From a bacterium (GTDB lineage Bacteria > SAR324 > NAC60-12), in contig CBDBHR010000030.1 in assembly GCA_965205865.1 (NCBI GenBank), positions 960,001 to 1,024,000 on the forward strand: a stretch of 64,000 nucleotides of DNA. The letters run 5' to 3'. The translations under genes and the position numbers were made by a program. A model generated the notes under the pieces. That model did no database searches. It worked only from the letters and a program-made list of their open reading frames with translations, and had not been told where the DNA came from. Below are positions 29,841 to 40,519 of the stretch, one piece after another. Positions within the stretch are counted from its first letter, which is position 1, and every line of letters begins with the position of its first letter.

Positions 29841-31093
29841 GCAAGCTCAAGCAACTTTTTGCGAAAGCTGCTTATTTTGAGTGCGCATCACTCCTTGAAA
29901 TGATGCGCTCTGCATCCCATGCTTTTCGTTCCGTAAAGGGTAAGATTGCCCCATATTTTCAAGGACTGACACAGAGAGCAGCGAGGATCAAGTCCTGGAT
30001 GAGACAAGCACTCGCCACTGAGGAGTTAAGAGGAGCAAAAAAAATCGATTGACCTCCTCTGAATATTGTTATACAGAGAGGATACTGAAGGGGATAATGA
30101 AATCTACCAGAATTCTAGTATCATAGTTCTTTTGTGATAGTTTTCAAGAAATCGCCTTTGCTGAAGGTTTTTAAGAATTTCTGCTTGTTTTTTTCTTTTT
30201 TGATAGATTTTAAAAAAAATGATTGCTGCTACACGTTAGATTGAATGAGCTTCACTGAACACCCACTAAGATTCACTCAGGGAAGAGGAAGAAAATAGAA
30301 AGAAGAAGAGCAGGATCAAAGGAGGATAAAAGTGAGAAAGAAAATGGAAGAATCAAAATCAAGAATATTGAAAAAGAAAAACGATTGCTGTTGCACTTCA
30401 GACTAATGGAGAGTATTGTACGTTGATACTAACGTTTTTGCTGCACTTTGTCAGTGCTATTAACAAATAATCAAATTTTACTTTTATTTTATAATTGGGT
30501 ATGATATTTAAAGGGATGAGTGAATAATCAAATTATTCTTATCTTCCCAAATGTCCGTAAACTCTTTAAATAACCATAAGAAAATACTCAATTATTAATG
30601 AATCATCTTTTTAAAAAATCCCTTGATAATAAGGTGGATATGAGAGTAATCTTAAACACCCAGTTCCAAGCAACAAGTCACAAGTCCCCAATCCCAAGTT
30701 CTACCCCCTTATATTATCTCGACATCAGGGAGAGATCCTTAAGATCCCTCGTTCCCCGTTCCGGAAACGGAAGGGCAATGGGGAATTTTGAAAATCATCG
30801 GCGCCTGAGTGCATCGGTTTATGGTTCATTGCCCAATCTTGGAGGCAATGAATCGGTTTTTTGATCACTTGAAAATGAATGAGAGCCAATGTGTAGAGGA
30901 ATCGTCGGGAACTTGCTTTGGGGAATCAAAGCAGGTTTTAAAGCAACCCGCAATCTTGTTTTTAATCAAAAAGCAGAAAGGAGCACCATGAACCGTCAAA
31001 AAAGTAGAGCAATCGTCGAGAACGTGCTTTCGGGGACGAAAGCAGGTTTCAAAGCAATCCTTTAATTTTGAACATTCAATCGAAAGGAAAAAG

Positions 31094-32923
31094 ATGAATC
31101 ATCAAAAAAGCAAATCAACCTTCAGTGCAATCCTGCTCACCCTCACCCTGATGGTGACCGTACTCTGGGTCGGTCCGGCTGCAGCCCAGAAGTATGTGAC
31201 GGACCCCAGTACTGGAAAGGTAGTGACCGCACCGGAATACGGCGGCACATTGACCTATCCCCACAAACTTGTTGGGGAGACTACTGACCCGTTCCGATCG
31301 GGCGGCTCGGCTGCGCACCAAATCGGCTCGGTTAATCAGCATCTCGGCACCGGGGACTGGGGAATAAATAGGGAGGTCTATGACTATAGAGACACTTTCC
31401 CCCCTGATTTTACAATAACTGGGCAGTTGGCGGAAAGCTGGGAAACTCCCGACCCACTGACTTACATCTTCCACATCCGTCAGGAAGTTCATTACGCCCT
31501 TGATCAAAACAGTGAGGCCAGTCGCTTAGTAAACGGGCGGGAACTCACAGCCGATGATGTCGTATATACCTATCAGCGTAATAACGTCCTGGGCGACTTC
31601 ACCGAACAACCTGGCTTCTCTTACGGGGCGATCAAGCTGCCATGGGAATCGATAGAGGCCACCGACAAATATACGGTTGTTATGAAGCTGAAGGAGCCAT
31701 CCCTCATTGCGCTAAGGCTTATGCTCGGCGAAGGTATGCAGTTTATATTACCCCCCGAGGTAATCGAGAAATACGGTAACTATGAGGATTGGAAGAACGT
31801 GGTCGGCACCGGGCCCATTATGCTGACTGACTATGTTGAAGGCATCTCTATCACCTGGGACAAGAATCCGGACTATTGGGGCAACGACCCAAAATACCTG
31901 CGGAACCGCTTGCCCTATATTGACAAGCTGAGAGCCCTGCTTATACCCGAAGAAGCATCACGTCTGGCGGCACTACGCACGGGTAAGGTTGACATAATAT
32001 CTCAAGCCGGCGGAGGCAGTGATCTGAATTCCCTCGACGTGGTAAGGAGCCTCCAGCGGACCAACCCCGAAATCGAGATATGGCCATATTACCAGCGGGC
32101 GTTTACGGTCTATACTCTGAACATTCGCAATCCGCCCTTGGACGACGTCAAGGTGCGCCACGCACTGCAGATGGCACTGGATCTCGAGACAATTAACGAT
32201 ACCTACCATGGCGGTTATGCAAGGTGGGAACCTATGGGGGGACTTGCCGTCGAGCCGTATCTCTTCCCATTTGAAGAGTGGCCCGAAGAGCTCAAGCAAT
32301 ACTACCGGTATGACCCGCAAGGTGCCGAGAAGCTCCTTGATGAGGCTGGATATCCGCGCGGCGCGGACGGCGTTCGATTCAAGCTCACCCATGACCACCG
32401 CGACATCATGGATTTGGGCTATGCGGAAATAGCTGCCGGCTACTGGGCTGAGATTGGCATTGAGGTACAGATTAATGTAGTACCCGGGTTGACTTGGTGG
32501 GGTAACAGAGGAGGGTCTGGTGGAGATGAGGGAGACATTAATTATGAGATGAGCACAGGCGACAGTGGCTTTTATAGCTCCCCTACCGTGTGGATAGGCT
32601 TTTATACCACGACCTTAACGTCACTACGCGAATACCAGGGCGGAAACAACACGGGCGGAAAGAAGACCCCTGAGTTGACCGCCGCCTATGATGCCTTTAT
32701 CGCCGCTACCACCCATGAGGAGCAGATGAGGGCATTCAGAGAGTATGATTTGATCCTCTTAAAGCAGCACAATCAGATATGGGGTCCCATGGCTCCAAGG
32801 TATCAGGCGAACCAGCCGTGGGTCAAAGGTTTTAACGGTGAAATGATGCTGGAAGAATCGGGCGTAAATGACGTCCTCGTCCACCTTTGGATTGACCAGG
32901 AATTGAAGGACAGGAGCCAGTAA
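31094..32923 (+). CDS. ABC family-5 substrate-binding protein
   Basis: Signal peptide, PEYGGTL, LAESWE, GTGP, DPQGAEKLLDEAGYP. Confidence 0.9.
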   Translation: MNHQKSKSTFSAILLTLTLMVTVLWVGPAAAQKYVTDPSTGKVVTAPEYGGTLTYPHKLVGETTDPFRSGGSAAHQIGSVNQHLGTGDWGINREVYDYRDTFPPDFTITGQLAESWETPDPLTYIFHIRQEVHYALDQNSEASRLVNGRELTADDVVYTYQRNNVLGDFTEQPGFSYGAIKLPWESIEATDKYTVVMKLKEPSLIALRLMLGEGMQFILPPEVIEKYGNYEDWKNVVGTGPIMLTDYVEGISITWDKNPDYWGNDPKYLRNRLPYIDKLRALLIPEEASRLAALRTGKVDIISQAGGGSDLNSLDVVRSLQRTNPEIEIWPYYQRAFTVYTLNIRNPPLDDVKVRHALQMALDLETINDTYHGGYARWEPMGGLAVEPYLFPFEEWPEELKQYYRYDPQGAEKLLDEAGYPRGADGVRFKLTHDHRDIMDLGYAEIAAGYWAEIGIEVQINVVPGLTWWGNRGGSGGDEGDINYEMSTGDSGFYSSPTVWIGFYTTTLTSLREYQGGNNTGGKKTPELTAAYDAFIAATTHEEQMRAFREYDLILLKQHNQIWGPMAPRYQANQPWVKGFNGEMMLEESGVNDVLVHLWIDQELKDRSQ

Positions 32924-32944
32924 TAGGCCGACTGGAAGCACTTG

Positions 32945-32970
32945 TGGAGCGGGCAGTACTGCCCGCTCCA
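32945..32970 (+). terminator. Intercistronic hairpin after the SBP gene
   Basis: Perfect palindrome TGGAGCGGGCAGTACTGCCCGCTCCA; no U tract. Confidence 0.5.
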
Positions 32971-33022
32971 CTCCAGGATACCCCGCGTTTCCCTGCCAAT
33001 TTTAAAAATGATGAGATCTCCC

Positions 33023-33979
33023 ATGAGTCCCTATCTCACCAGGCGGTTGTTGCTGATCCTCCCCACGCTGTTCATTTTGAGCATCCTGGTCTTTCTCTCG
33101 GTCCGCTTCATCCCAGGCGACGTCATCGACATCATGGCCAGCCGTATGGGGTCTGCCGGCGGCGAAGTTGACCGTGAAGCTCTTGAGCGTATGCTGGGAT
33201 TAGACGTGCCTGTCTACCTGCAGTATGGACGCTGGATCGGCGGCATCCTCCTGCGCGGCACCCTGGGCGAGTCCCTGATGGGGGGTTGGCGGATCGAGGA
33301 GCGGCTCTTCGATCGTTTGCCCGTCACCCTGGAGCTGGGCGTCCTGGCCATCCTCATTGGGCTGGTGATCGCGCTGCCCGTCGGCATTTACTCGGCGATT
33401 CGCCAGGATACGGCCGCCGACTACGCGGGGCGCTCTATTGCCATCATCGGCCTGGCAACGCCCAACTTCTGGCTCGCCCTCATGGTCATGATCTACCCGG
33501 CCATCTGGTGGGGTTGGTCGCCACCGATGGAGCTGATTCCTTTCACCGAAGACCCGCTGGGGAATCTCGGCATGTTCCTCATTCCCAGCCTGATTCTGGG
33601 GACGGCCTCGGCGGCTGCGACCATGCGGATGACGCGCACCATGATGCTGGAGGTGCTCCGGCAGGACTATATCCGCACCGCCTGGTCCAAGGGACTCAAG
33701 GAGCGGGTCGTGATTATCCGACATACCATCAAAAATGCCCTCATCCCGGTGGTGTCCCTGATCGGCCTGCAGTTGCCCCTGCTGGTTGGCGGCGCCGTGA
33801 TCATGGAGAACATCTTTAACCTACCGGGGATCGGTCGCCTCTTGCTTAAGGCACTCGAAGTCAGAGACTACCCGGTGGTCTCCGGAGTCAACCTGTTTTT
33901 CGCCACCGGGGTGGTGCTGTTCAATCTCCTGATCGACTTGATTTATCCCTATTTGGACCCGAGGGTGAGGTATGAGTGA
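33023..33979 (+). CDS. DppB/OppB-type ABC permease
   Basis: Start MSPYLTRR aligns with paralog MRTYIIRR; EAA-region motif. Confidence 0.9.
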   Translation: MSPYLTRRLLLILPTLFILSILVFLSVRFIPGDVIDIMASRMGSAGGEVDREALERMLGLDVPVYLQYGRWIGGILLRGTLGESLMGGWRIEERLFDRLPVTLELGVLAILIGLVIALPVGIYSAIRQDTAADYAGRSIAIIGLATPNFWLALMVMIYPAIWWGWSPPMELIPFTEDPLGNLGMFLIPSLILGTASAAATMRMTRTMMLEVLRQDYIRTAWSKGLKERVVIIRHTIKNALIPVVSLIGLQLPLLVGGAVIMENIFNLPGIGRLLLKALEVRDYPVVSGVNLFFATGVVLFNLLIDLIYPYLDPRVRYE

Positions 33980-34159
33980 GGGGATTAGCTGAAACGATCT
34001 GCCGCCCTGTTAGGTAGGGCCGGTGGTCGGAATGCCGCACCACCGTCATTCCGGCTACGCACCTGCCAAGACGGATCGTGCGTTTCTGGTAAATGTGGGT
34101 TTGAGATTCGTCTGTAAGAAGAAGTCCCGGAGGGACTGTATTATAGAACAATCCGCAAA

Positions 34160-35131
34160 ATGAATAACACCCAAGAAACACCATCCACAGTCAGTGAACC
34201 CAAGCGACGGGGCCGGCTGGCTGCATTCTTTATCAGGCTGTGGCGGGAGAAACCCCTGGGGACTGCCTGCGGGATGATCCTGTTGATCTTGATTCTGGTG
34301 GCGATCTTCGCCGATGCTCTGGCTCCTTATGGCTATATGGAAATACACCTGGTAGACAGGATGCAGGGCTCATCAGCCCGGTATCTGCTGGGGACCGACT
34401 ACGTGGGGCGAGACTTATTGAGCCGCCTGATCCACGGGGCTCGTCTTTCGTTAACGGTCGGTCTGGCAGCGACCACGCTTAATGGGGTGGTCGCTGTCCT
34501 GATCGGTGGCATTTCCGGATTTCTGGGAGGGAAATGGGACCTGGTGGTGCAGCGCTTTGTCGATGCCTGGATGGCTTTTCCGGGACTGCTGCTCTTGTTA
34601 ACGATCATGTCCATCGTGGGACGGGGTGTCTTCCAGATCATCGTGGTCCTGGGGATTGCCGGCGGCATCGTCAGCTCAAGAGTCGTCAGAGGCGCCGTGA
34701 TTGACATCAAAGAGAATGACTATTTTCTGGCAGCCAAAGCTATAGGCACCCCCACAAGCCAAATCCTGGTCCGCCATGTGCTGCCCAATATTATGGCGCC
34801 CCTCCTCATCATCTTCTCCATCAACATCGGGGGGGTGATTATGTCTGAGGCGTCGCTGAGCTTCCTGGGATTCGGTCTGCCCGTCGACTTTCCCAGCTGG
34901 GGAGGGATGCTCAGCCGGGAAGGGCGCAGATACATGGAGGCGGCGCCTTGGTTGGCGCTCTGGCCGGGGATTTGCTTGACGATTGTCGTCTACTCCTTCA
35001 ACATGTTCGGCGATGCCATGCGGGACCTGCTCGATCCCAGGCTCAGGGGCGGAGAGGGCCGTTACGGCACTGCGATGGTGAAACGCAAACGAGGATTCCT
35101 CTCCAGACTGATCAACCCTTTCAAATGGTAA
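34160..35131 (+). CDS. DppC/OppC-type ABC permease
   Basis: LLGTDYVGRD, LSFLGFG, GDAMRDLLDPR. Confidence 0.9.
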   Translation: MNNTQETPSTVSEPKRRGRLAAFFIRLWREKPLGTACGMILLILILVAIFADALAPYGYMEIHLVDRMQGSSARYLLGTDYVGRDLLSRLIHGARLSLTVGLAATTLNGVVAVLIGGISGFLGGKWDLVVQRFVDAWMAFPGLLLLLTIMSIVGRGVFQIIVVLGIAGGIVSSRVVRGAVIDIKENDYFLAAKAIGTPTSQILVRHVLPNIMAPLLIIFSINIGGVIMSEASLSFLGFGLPVDFPSWGGMLSREGRRYMEAAPWLALWPGICLTIVVYSFNMFGDAMRDLLDPRLRGGEGRYGTAMVKRKRGFLSRLINPFKW

Positions 35132-35177
35132 GCGCACCAAAGGAACTCGTCCCTTTTTCCTTCCTGAGAATCGCTGT

Positions 35178-35435
35178 TCATTCTTCCTTACCTGATCGGT
35201 CAACTTTTTCGATTTTCCAGTGTGCTTCAATAGTATCCACAGACAAATCAGCACCACAACTCCATTCAATAAAATAGCCACCATTGGAAATCCGCATGAA
35301 TTCTTTTGGATTTTTCAAATCACGAAACACTTCATATTCCAAGTAGGGGCTAACGTCAAAAGTGCCAACACGACCGTCCTCAGCTACAATATGTAGAATC
35401 AAATTATCTTGTATGTCAACTTCAGCTATTTTCAT
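35178..35435 (-). CDS. DUF2442 antitoxin (DhiA-like)
   Basis: FDVSPYL..F..LK..F..IEWSCGADLS. Confidence 0.8.
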   Translation of the reverse strand: MKIAEVDIQDNLILHIVAEDGRVGTFDVSPYLEYEVFRDLKNPKEFMRISNGGYFIEWSCGADLSVDTIEAHWKIEKVDRSGKEE

Positions 35436-35704
35436 TGGTCAAGTCCTCTAATCGGGAATGGTTTCTTACCATTTATTGCCAACTCCCAATCGGCAAGCAA
35501 ATCTTATTGGTGAATCTCAATCCATGCGACTACCAACTTGTGCTTTTTGGAAGGAAGTTTCCCAGTCAGCAGAGTCCTATCAGGAATTGAGTAGACGGCC
35601 ACTTGCCCCTGGTAATCGGCATGTATATGTGGTTTATGATGTTTTTCTATATCACGAAAAAACATCCGAACAAGAATTCCATAGAACATCGATATTGTTG
35701 GCAT
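35432..35704 (-). pseudogene. DUF4160 toxin (DhiT-like) with nonsense mutation
   Basis: MPTISMFYGI..HHKPHIHA..WIEIHQ*DLLADWELAINGKKPFPIRGLDQ*; the read-through stop overlaps the DUF2442 ATG. Confidence 0.85.
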
Positions 35705-36243
35705 TCTTTTTCCTCTTTATAGGGGGCTAGTAGTATTTCATCCTGATATTATATTCGCTTTACAGAAGCGCACAACAAGTCGTTAACTCGTTTCCGTATA
35801 ATTTGATATTCTGAAAACCGTTTGACAAGCCATAGGGCGATGCAGTCCAATTTTCCAACTGGATAATATCACGGAATGATTAGTTATACAGAAAAATGAA
35901 TCGTGTTCATGATAAAGGTCCCTTCTCAAATGACACGCTTATTTGAAACGGTTTCAGAGCAGCATACTATTCCTCTGGCGGAGCATTCTTCGTATTGAAA
36001 TAGGGGCAAATCGTACTCCCTTTTGATTAAACTTCTTGTAATTCAAGGTTCTCTTTTCGTGAGGAATCAAGATAAGCCAAAATCGTTTGCTCCGCTAATT
36101 CTGTCAGATGAACTGGCTCAAAATAACCGCGCGGATATAAATAATCTACCCCGCCCGAAGGGTCGAGCTTGCTCGACAGCTTGCTGCGGGGATTTTTATT
36201 GAAAATTTTTGGAAAAATCGCTGTGGTCAAGGTCTGTTGAATG

Positions 36244-36426
36244 CTATGTTTCATTCGTTAGCATTTTAATGATGTATTTTACCAAATGATCTTTGATCTC
36301 TCGGTGACGTGGGACTGGTTGAGATACTTTTGTTTGCGGATTTTGATACCAATCATGATTCCCTCCATGCCGTATCAAAACGCAACCCATATTTTCCAGT
36401 TTTTTGAGGAGATCTCTTCGTTTCAT
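36244..36426 (-). CDS. hicA: HicA-family toxin
   Basis: MKRRDLLKKLE..RHGGNHDWY..VPRHREI. Confidence 0.88.
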   Translation of the reverse strand: MKRRDLLKKLENMGCVLIRHGGNHDWYQNPQTKVSQPVPRHREIKDHLVKYIIKMLTNET

Positions 36427-36614
36427 GCAACGTCCAATTCGGCGATCCTGCGAACACAGGGAATTTGACCGCTAATGAGTTCTTGAAAAATATCTTTTAG
36501 GTTTTCCTGTAATTCTTCTAACGTCTCTCCTTGAGTCATGTAATCCGGAAATTCCTCCAAATAGCCTAACCACATCTCTTCATCTCGCCAATAAACATAC
36601 TTTTTCTTTTCCAT
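36423..36614 (-). CDS. hicB: HicB-family antitoxin (short, no HTH)
   Basis: WLGYLEEFPDYMTQGETLEELQENLKD; ATGA overlap with hicA. Confidence 0.85.
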   Translation of the reverse strand: MEKKKYVYWRDEEMWLGYLEEFPDYMTQGETLEELQENLKDIFQELISGQIPCVRRIAELDVA

Positions 36615-36908
36615 TGTTTTCCTCCTGAATATCCAGAGTGATATCCTTATGATTTTAGACCAATATTTTTTGAGTTCGCATACTGAGCAGCGCTATATTA
36701 TACCTTTAATATCTCCCGCCAGAAAGTTAATTATTTTCATAGGGAAAAACATTTCGGTGCTCACCCGCTAGTGTATTGCTCGATTAATACATTAGCGACG
36801 GTTGTCTTGCCTACGCCAACTGCCTTGGCCATCGAACGCGTGCTCCAAATTTCGCCCCTACAGAGAAATCTCAGAGGAGTGAGATGCTCTTTGAGAACCC
36901 GCATCTGC

Positions 36909-37364
36909 TTACTTTTCGTCGCTTGTTGGCTTATGCCAATGGCGACGCTGATGTTTATTTGCCTTTTGTTGGGCCCATGTTTGGATGGACTCTCGAATGA
37001 TTTCTCCCAAATCCTGAATCTCAAAAGCTCCTTTACGCCAGAAATCCCGGAAGGCTTTGGGGTCAAAACCTGCATCACAGAGGCCTTGCCAATCAGCAGG
37101 CTGCTCCACTTCGTCCCGATAATAAGCTGCCAATTGGCGGCAGGCGATGGCTGCCACTTTCAACGAGCTGTCCTCGGGTAGTTTCTCAAAAACCGTGGAA
37201 ACAGTTGCATCCAGTTCATTCAATCTTGTCAGAATGCGGTTGTACTGCGCCACGCAATACTCAGCTGCTTCTTCATCTCTTCCCGCCCAGTCAGGCTGCA
37301 AAACCACTCGAGCTGTTTGACGAAGGACGTTCACCAGTTTGGTCAACTCTTGCTCTTTTTCCAT
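36909..37364 (-). CDS. Hypothetical helical protein
   Basis: 151-aa ORF with AAGGA SD; no family recognised. Confidence 0.65.
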   Translation of the reverse strand: MEKEQELTKLVNVLRQTARVVLQPDWAGRDEEAAEYCVAQYNRILTRLNELDATVSTVFEKLPEDSSLKVAAIACRQLAAYYRDEVEQPADWQGLCDAGFDPKAFRDFWRKGAFEIQDLGEIIRESIQTWAQQKANKHQRRHWHKPTSDEK

Positions 37365-37507
37365 GGATATCTTCCTTTCTAAAATTTTTCAGTTGTTTAC
37401 GGAATAATTGCTTTTCGTGAAAGAGGGAAAAAATCGATTTTGGCTCCCAAGCTATCGTTTGACCGGTCGGGTGGGAAGCCTGCTTTTAACTTTATCGGAG
37501 TACGAAT

Positions 37508-38629
37508 CTATTGCGGTTGGGGGCTTTGCGCTAAGCGGACTTTCACGGTTCTTTCCTGTTTTTCACGAATGAATCGGATTTCAACCTGCTCATCAAGCTG
37601 ATACGATTCGATGGTATCGGCCAAATCTTCAAGAGTCTGCACCGGTTTGTTGTCAATGGCAACAATAATGTCTCCACCCCAGGGAATCACATAATTTCTG
37701 ATACGAACCCGACGGGTCGCACCTCTCAAACCGGCATGCTGCGCAGGAGAATTGGGGATTGTATTAACGATCAACATCCCTTTCTCAATATTCACTCCCA
37801 AGGAAAGCAGACGGCGGGTTTCCAGGGTTTCCACTCCCAACCAGGTTCGCCGCACATATCCATGAGCAATCAAATCGGGTACTACCTTTTTGATCGTATT
37901 GCTGGGAACCGCGAAGCCAATGCCGACACTGCCCGTTGATCCGATAATAGCAGTATTGATTCCAATCACTTTACCCGCCGAGTTCAATAATGGACCTCCT
38001 GAATTTCCGGGATTGATAGCCGCATCGGATTGAATCACCCGGTCGATTTTCCTGCCGTTGCGGGCTTGTATTGTTCTGCCCAATGCACTGATAATTCCAG
38101 TGGTCAAAGTCTGAGTAAGGCCAAAAGGATTGCCCAGAGCAAGGACTTTCTGTCCCACAAGCAGTTGGGAAGAATCCCCCAATTCCAAAATGGATAAATC
38201 GTTTGGGGGGTTGTTGATTTTAATCACCGCTAAGTCATTATTTGGGTCCACTCCTACCATTTCTGCCTCCAATTGGGTGTTGTCTGCAAGAGTGACGGTC
38301 AATTCCTGGGCATTTTCGATAACATGGTAATTGGTCAAGATGAAGCCGCGCGGGTCGATAATAAAACCGGAACCTGCGCCGGAAGCAGGTTGGGTTCCGT
38401 AGAAAAAATCATATTGGACTATAATGCTGGTGATGTTGACGACGGCGGAGCCTTTTGATTTGTAAATATCGATGTTCTGCTGCTCGTCTGATTTATAGAT
38501 AACGATCTTTTGCGGCTCCGTTTCCTTGACTTCGTTGGCGCCGTAGGGAAAAATCCGGAGCAACGCCAAGACGATCAAACCCAGCAACATGCTCCAGAAA
38601 GCATAACGTGTAAATTCGTTCAATCGCAT
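37508..38629 (-). CDS. HtrA/DegS-like trypsin protease with one PDZ domain
   Basis: GSGF, TNYHV, DLAV, INPGNSGGPL, N-terminal TM. Confidence 0.92.
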   Translation of the reverse strand: MRLNEFTRYAFWSMLLGLIVLALLRIFPYGANEVKETEPQKIVIYKSDEQQNIDIYKSKGSAVVNITSIIVQYDFFYGTQPASGAGSGFIIDPRGFILTNYHVIENAQELTVTLADNTQLEAEMVGVDPNNDLAVIKINNPPNDLSILELGDSSQLLVGQKVLALGNPFGLTQTLTTGIISALGRTIQARNGRKIDRVIQSDAAINPGNSGGPLLNSAGKVIGINTAIIGSTGSVGIGFAVPSNTIKKVVPDLIAHGYVRRTWLGVETLETRRLLSLGVNIEKGMLIVNTIPNSPAQHAGLRGATRRVRIRNYVIPWGGDIIVAIDNKPVQTLEDLADTIESYQLDEQVEIRFIREKQERTVKVRLAQSPQPQ

Positions 38630-38779
38630 ACCAAGACTTTCTCCAATGAATGAATTTTCTTGAAATAAAAAATTGTCATTTTATTTTTCCAATGGTTCTG
38701 ACATTTTTTTAATTCTTAATAAATTGAAAATAAATCATTTCAAATACTTAGAAAAAGTATCTGAATTATTTACAACTCT

Positions 38780-38962
38780 GAGTCAGTTTCTCAGTTTGAA
38801 ATAATTCAAGCAATCCCGATGACTGTGTCATGCCTGACTTGATCAGGCATCCAGAAGTTCATCAGCAAATACTCTGGATTCCTGGTCAAGCCAGGAATGA
38901 CATTAGAAACACTGAGAAAGCCTCTATTAGTTTTTTCCGTTTCTAAAACTGTAGGGAGTATT
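38780..38962. repeat. Single copy of the 182-bp REP-doublet unit
   Basis: Near-identical to the units at 62169-62897. Confidence 0.92.
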
Positions 38963-39070
38963 GTTTATCAATAATTTCAGTGTATTAAATTTTTCCAACA
39001 AATGATTTGTTTTTAGCTATAGTATATGAGATAAGAATAATCTTATAGTGGCATGTGATTTTCTTTTTTT

Positions 39071-39147
39071 GCCATTCCTGGCTTGACCGGGAACCCGGGG
39101 GTAAACCATGCTATGCGCTACCCGGCCCGGATCTGGTCCGAGATGAT
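39071..39147. repeat. Degenerate REP doublet of the same family
   Basis: GCCATTCCTGGCTTGACCGGGAACCCGG left arm; eroded right arm. Confidence 0.5.
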
Positions 39148-39419
39148 AAGTCATTGAATTATTGATCATTCAAAAAAGACAGAGAAAATCACGCCCAAGT
39201 ACATATTCAAGCTAACCGACTGATAGAAACTCAAAAATGATCTTTCCTCCCCGCATAATGAAATCATGCTATCGGTTCAATGGCATTGCAAACAAGTGGA
39301 ATGCGTGTTCAGCGGGGGGCTGAGCACGTGATTCATGAAAACTTCCAGTTCACTCTTCCAGACATTCGTTTCTCATTTTCAAATATTGAAAACAAACAAC
39401 ACCTCTGAAGGAGAGCAAG

Positions 39420-40430
39420 ATGGCTAAGGGGTCAGGATATCCTCCATTTTACCGGTCATTGAAGAACGAGAATTTGTATCCTGAGGCAACCAGGAAAATC
39501 AAATTTTCAGAAACCCGCACCTCTTATTTTTTTATCACGGGGAGCACTTATTACAAGATCAAAAAAAATGATCACGATTACTCCAGCCCTGCTGTTACTG
39601 AAGCATTTTTGAATGAGGAACTGAAGCTGGGTCGAATATATGCGGGTAATGTCTATCAGGAAGTCGTTCCCGTGGTTGAGCAAGACGGGGATTATTTTTT
39701 TAGAGCGGCAGGTAAAGTCGCGACTTATGCATTGAAAATGGAGCAACTGAGTGAACGATATTTCCTCTCCTCTTTGCTTGAGCGAGATAAAACGTCTTCC
39801 GGCGACGTCGTATGCATTGCCGAGCAACTGGCGCTTGTTCATAGTGAGCATCCCGTGGAGGGACGAGGGGAAGCAGGACGCCCGGAAAATTTATATGATT
39901 TATGTGAGGATATGCTCTATCAAAGCCAAAAATACCTCAATACAACCGTCACGCAACCCATGTTGGACATCATCAGGAGACCCCTGGAAAAATTTGTAGA
40001 AGAACAACGAAAATTGTTTTCACGCCGTTTGAAGAAAAAAAGGATAGTGCAAGGCCATGGTGCCGTCCTGCCCGAACATATTCACATTAAAGACACAGAA
40101 GTATATTTCATCAGCCCTCGAGAATTGCATCGTAAGTTTTGTCTTTTGGATGCGGCCAATGATGTCGCGTATTTGGCAGTGGAGTTTGCCAGGCTCCAGC
40201 AGGTGGAATGGATGGATCTATTCATAAAACGCTACGTTGCAGCCGCAAAAGATCGGGAATTGCCGACAATCTTACCCACCTATCAAACTTTCGTGGCCCT
40301 CAAACAGGGGGTCACTCATTCAGAATGGATGACCGAAACTGAAGGGAAAAAACAAGCTGAACAAGCGCGGATAGCATCCGATTACTTCAATCTGGCAGTG
40401 CGGTTTTCTCGTGAAATTCCCAAATTGTAA
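39420..40430 (+). CDS. APH/kinase-fold protein with degenerate catalytic motifs
   Basis: ET..S..F.TG..YKIKK..EELKL, LDAANDVAYL match the N-domain of bifunctional APH/AAA proteins; HGA replaces HGD. Confidence 0.65.
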   Translation: MAKGSGYPPFYRSLKNENLYPEATRKIKFSETRTSYFFITGSTYYKIKKNDHDYSSPAVTEAFLNEELKLGRIYAGNVYQEVVPVVEQDGDYFFRAAGKVATYALKMEQLSERYFLSSLLERDKTSSGDVVCIAEQLALVHSEHPVEGRGEAGRPENLYDLCEDMLYQSQKYLNTTVTQPMLDIIRRPLEKFVEEQRKLFSRRLKKKRIVQGHGAVLPEHIHIKDTEVYFISPRELHRKFCLLDAANDVAYLAVEFARLQQVEWMDLFIKRYVAAAKDRELPTILPTYQTFVALKQGVTHSEWMTETEGKKQAEQARIASDYFNLAVRFSREIPKL

Positions 40431-40519
40431 TGATTCTGAAACCCTCAATAACTTCTCCCTGACATTTCCCAACTCCTGAAAACAATGACGATTGGCCTTT
40501 GAATGGAACACATGCGAGA

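Noticed and set aside
30660-30702. Heptamer-periodic tract (TTCCAAG CAACAAG TCACAAG TCCCCAA TCCCAAG)
   Set aside because: Short, degenerate, and without an associated gene; no function supportable
30893-31065. Tandem glnA (glutamine) riboswitch
   Set aside because: GACGAAAGCAGG..CAAAGCAA is only superficially similar; the P1 CGUU/AACG pairing is absent; an Infernal scan would be needed
36027-36254. 75-aa ORF downstream of hicA as a third TA component
   Set aside because: Appears chimeric: palindromic filler fused to a DYLYP-containing C-terminal remnant
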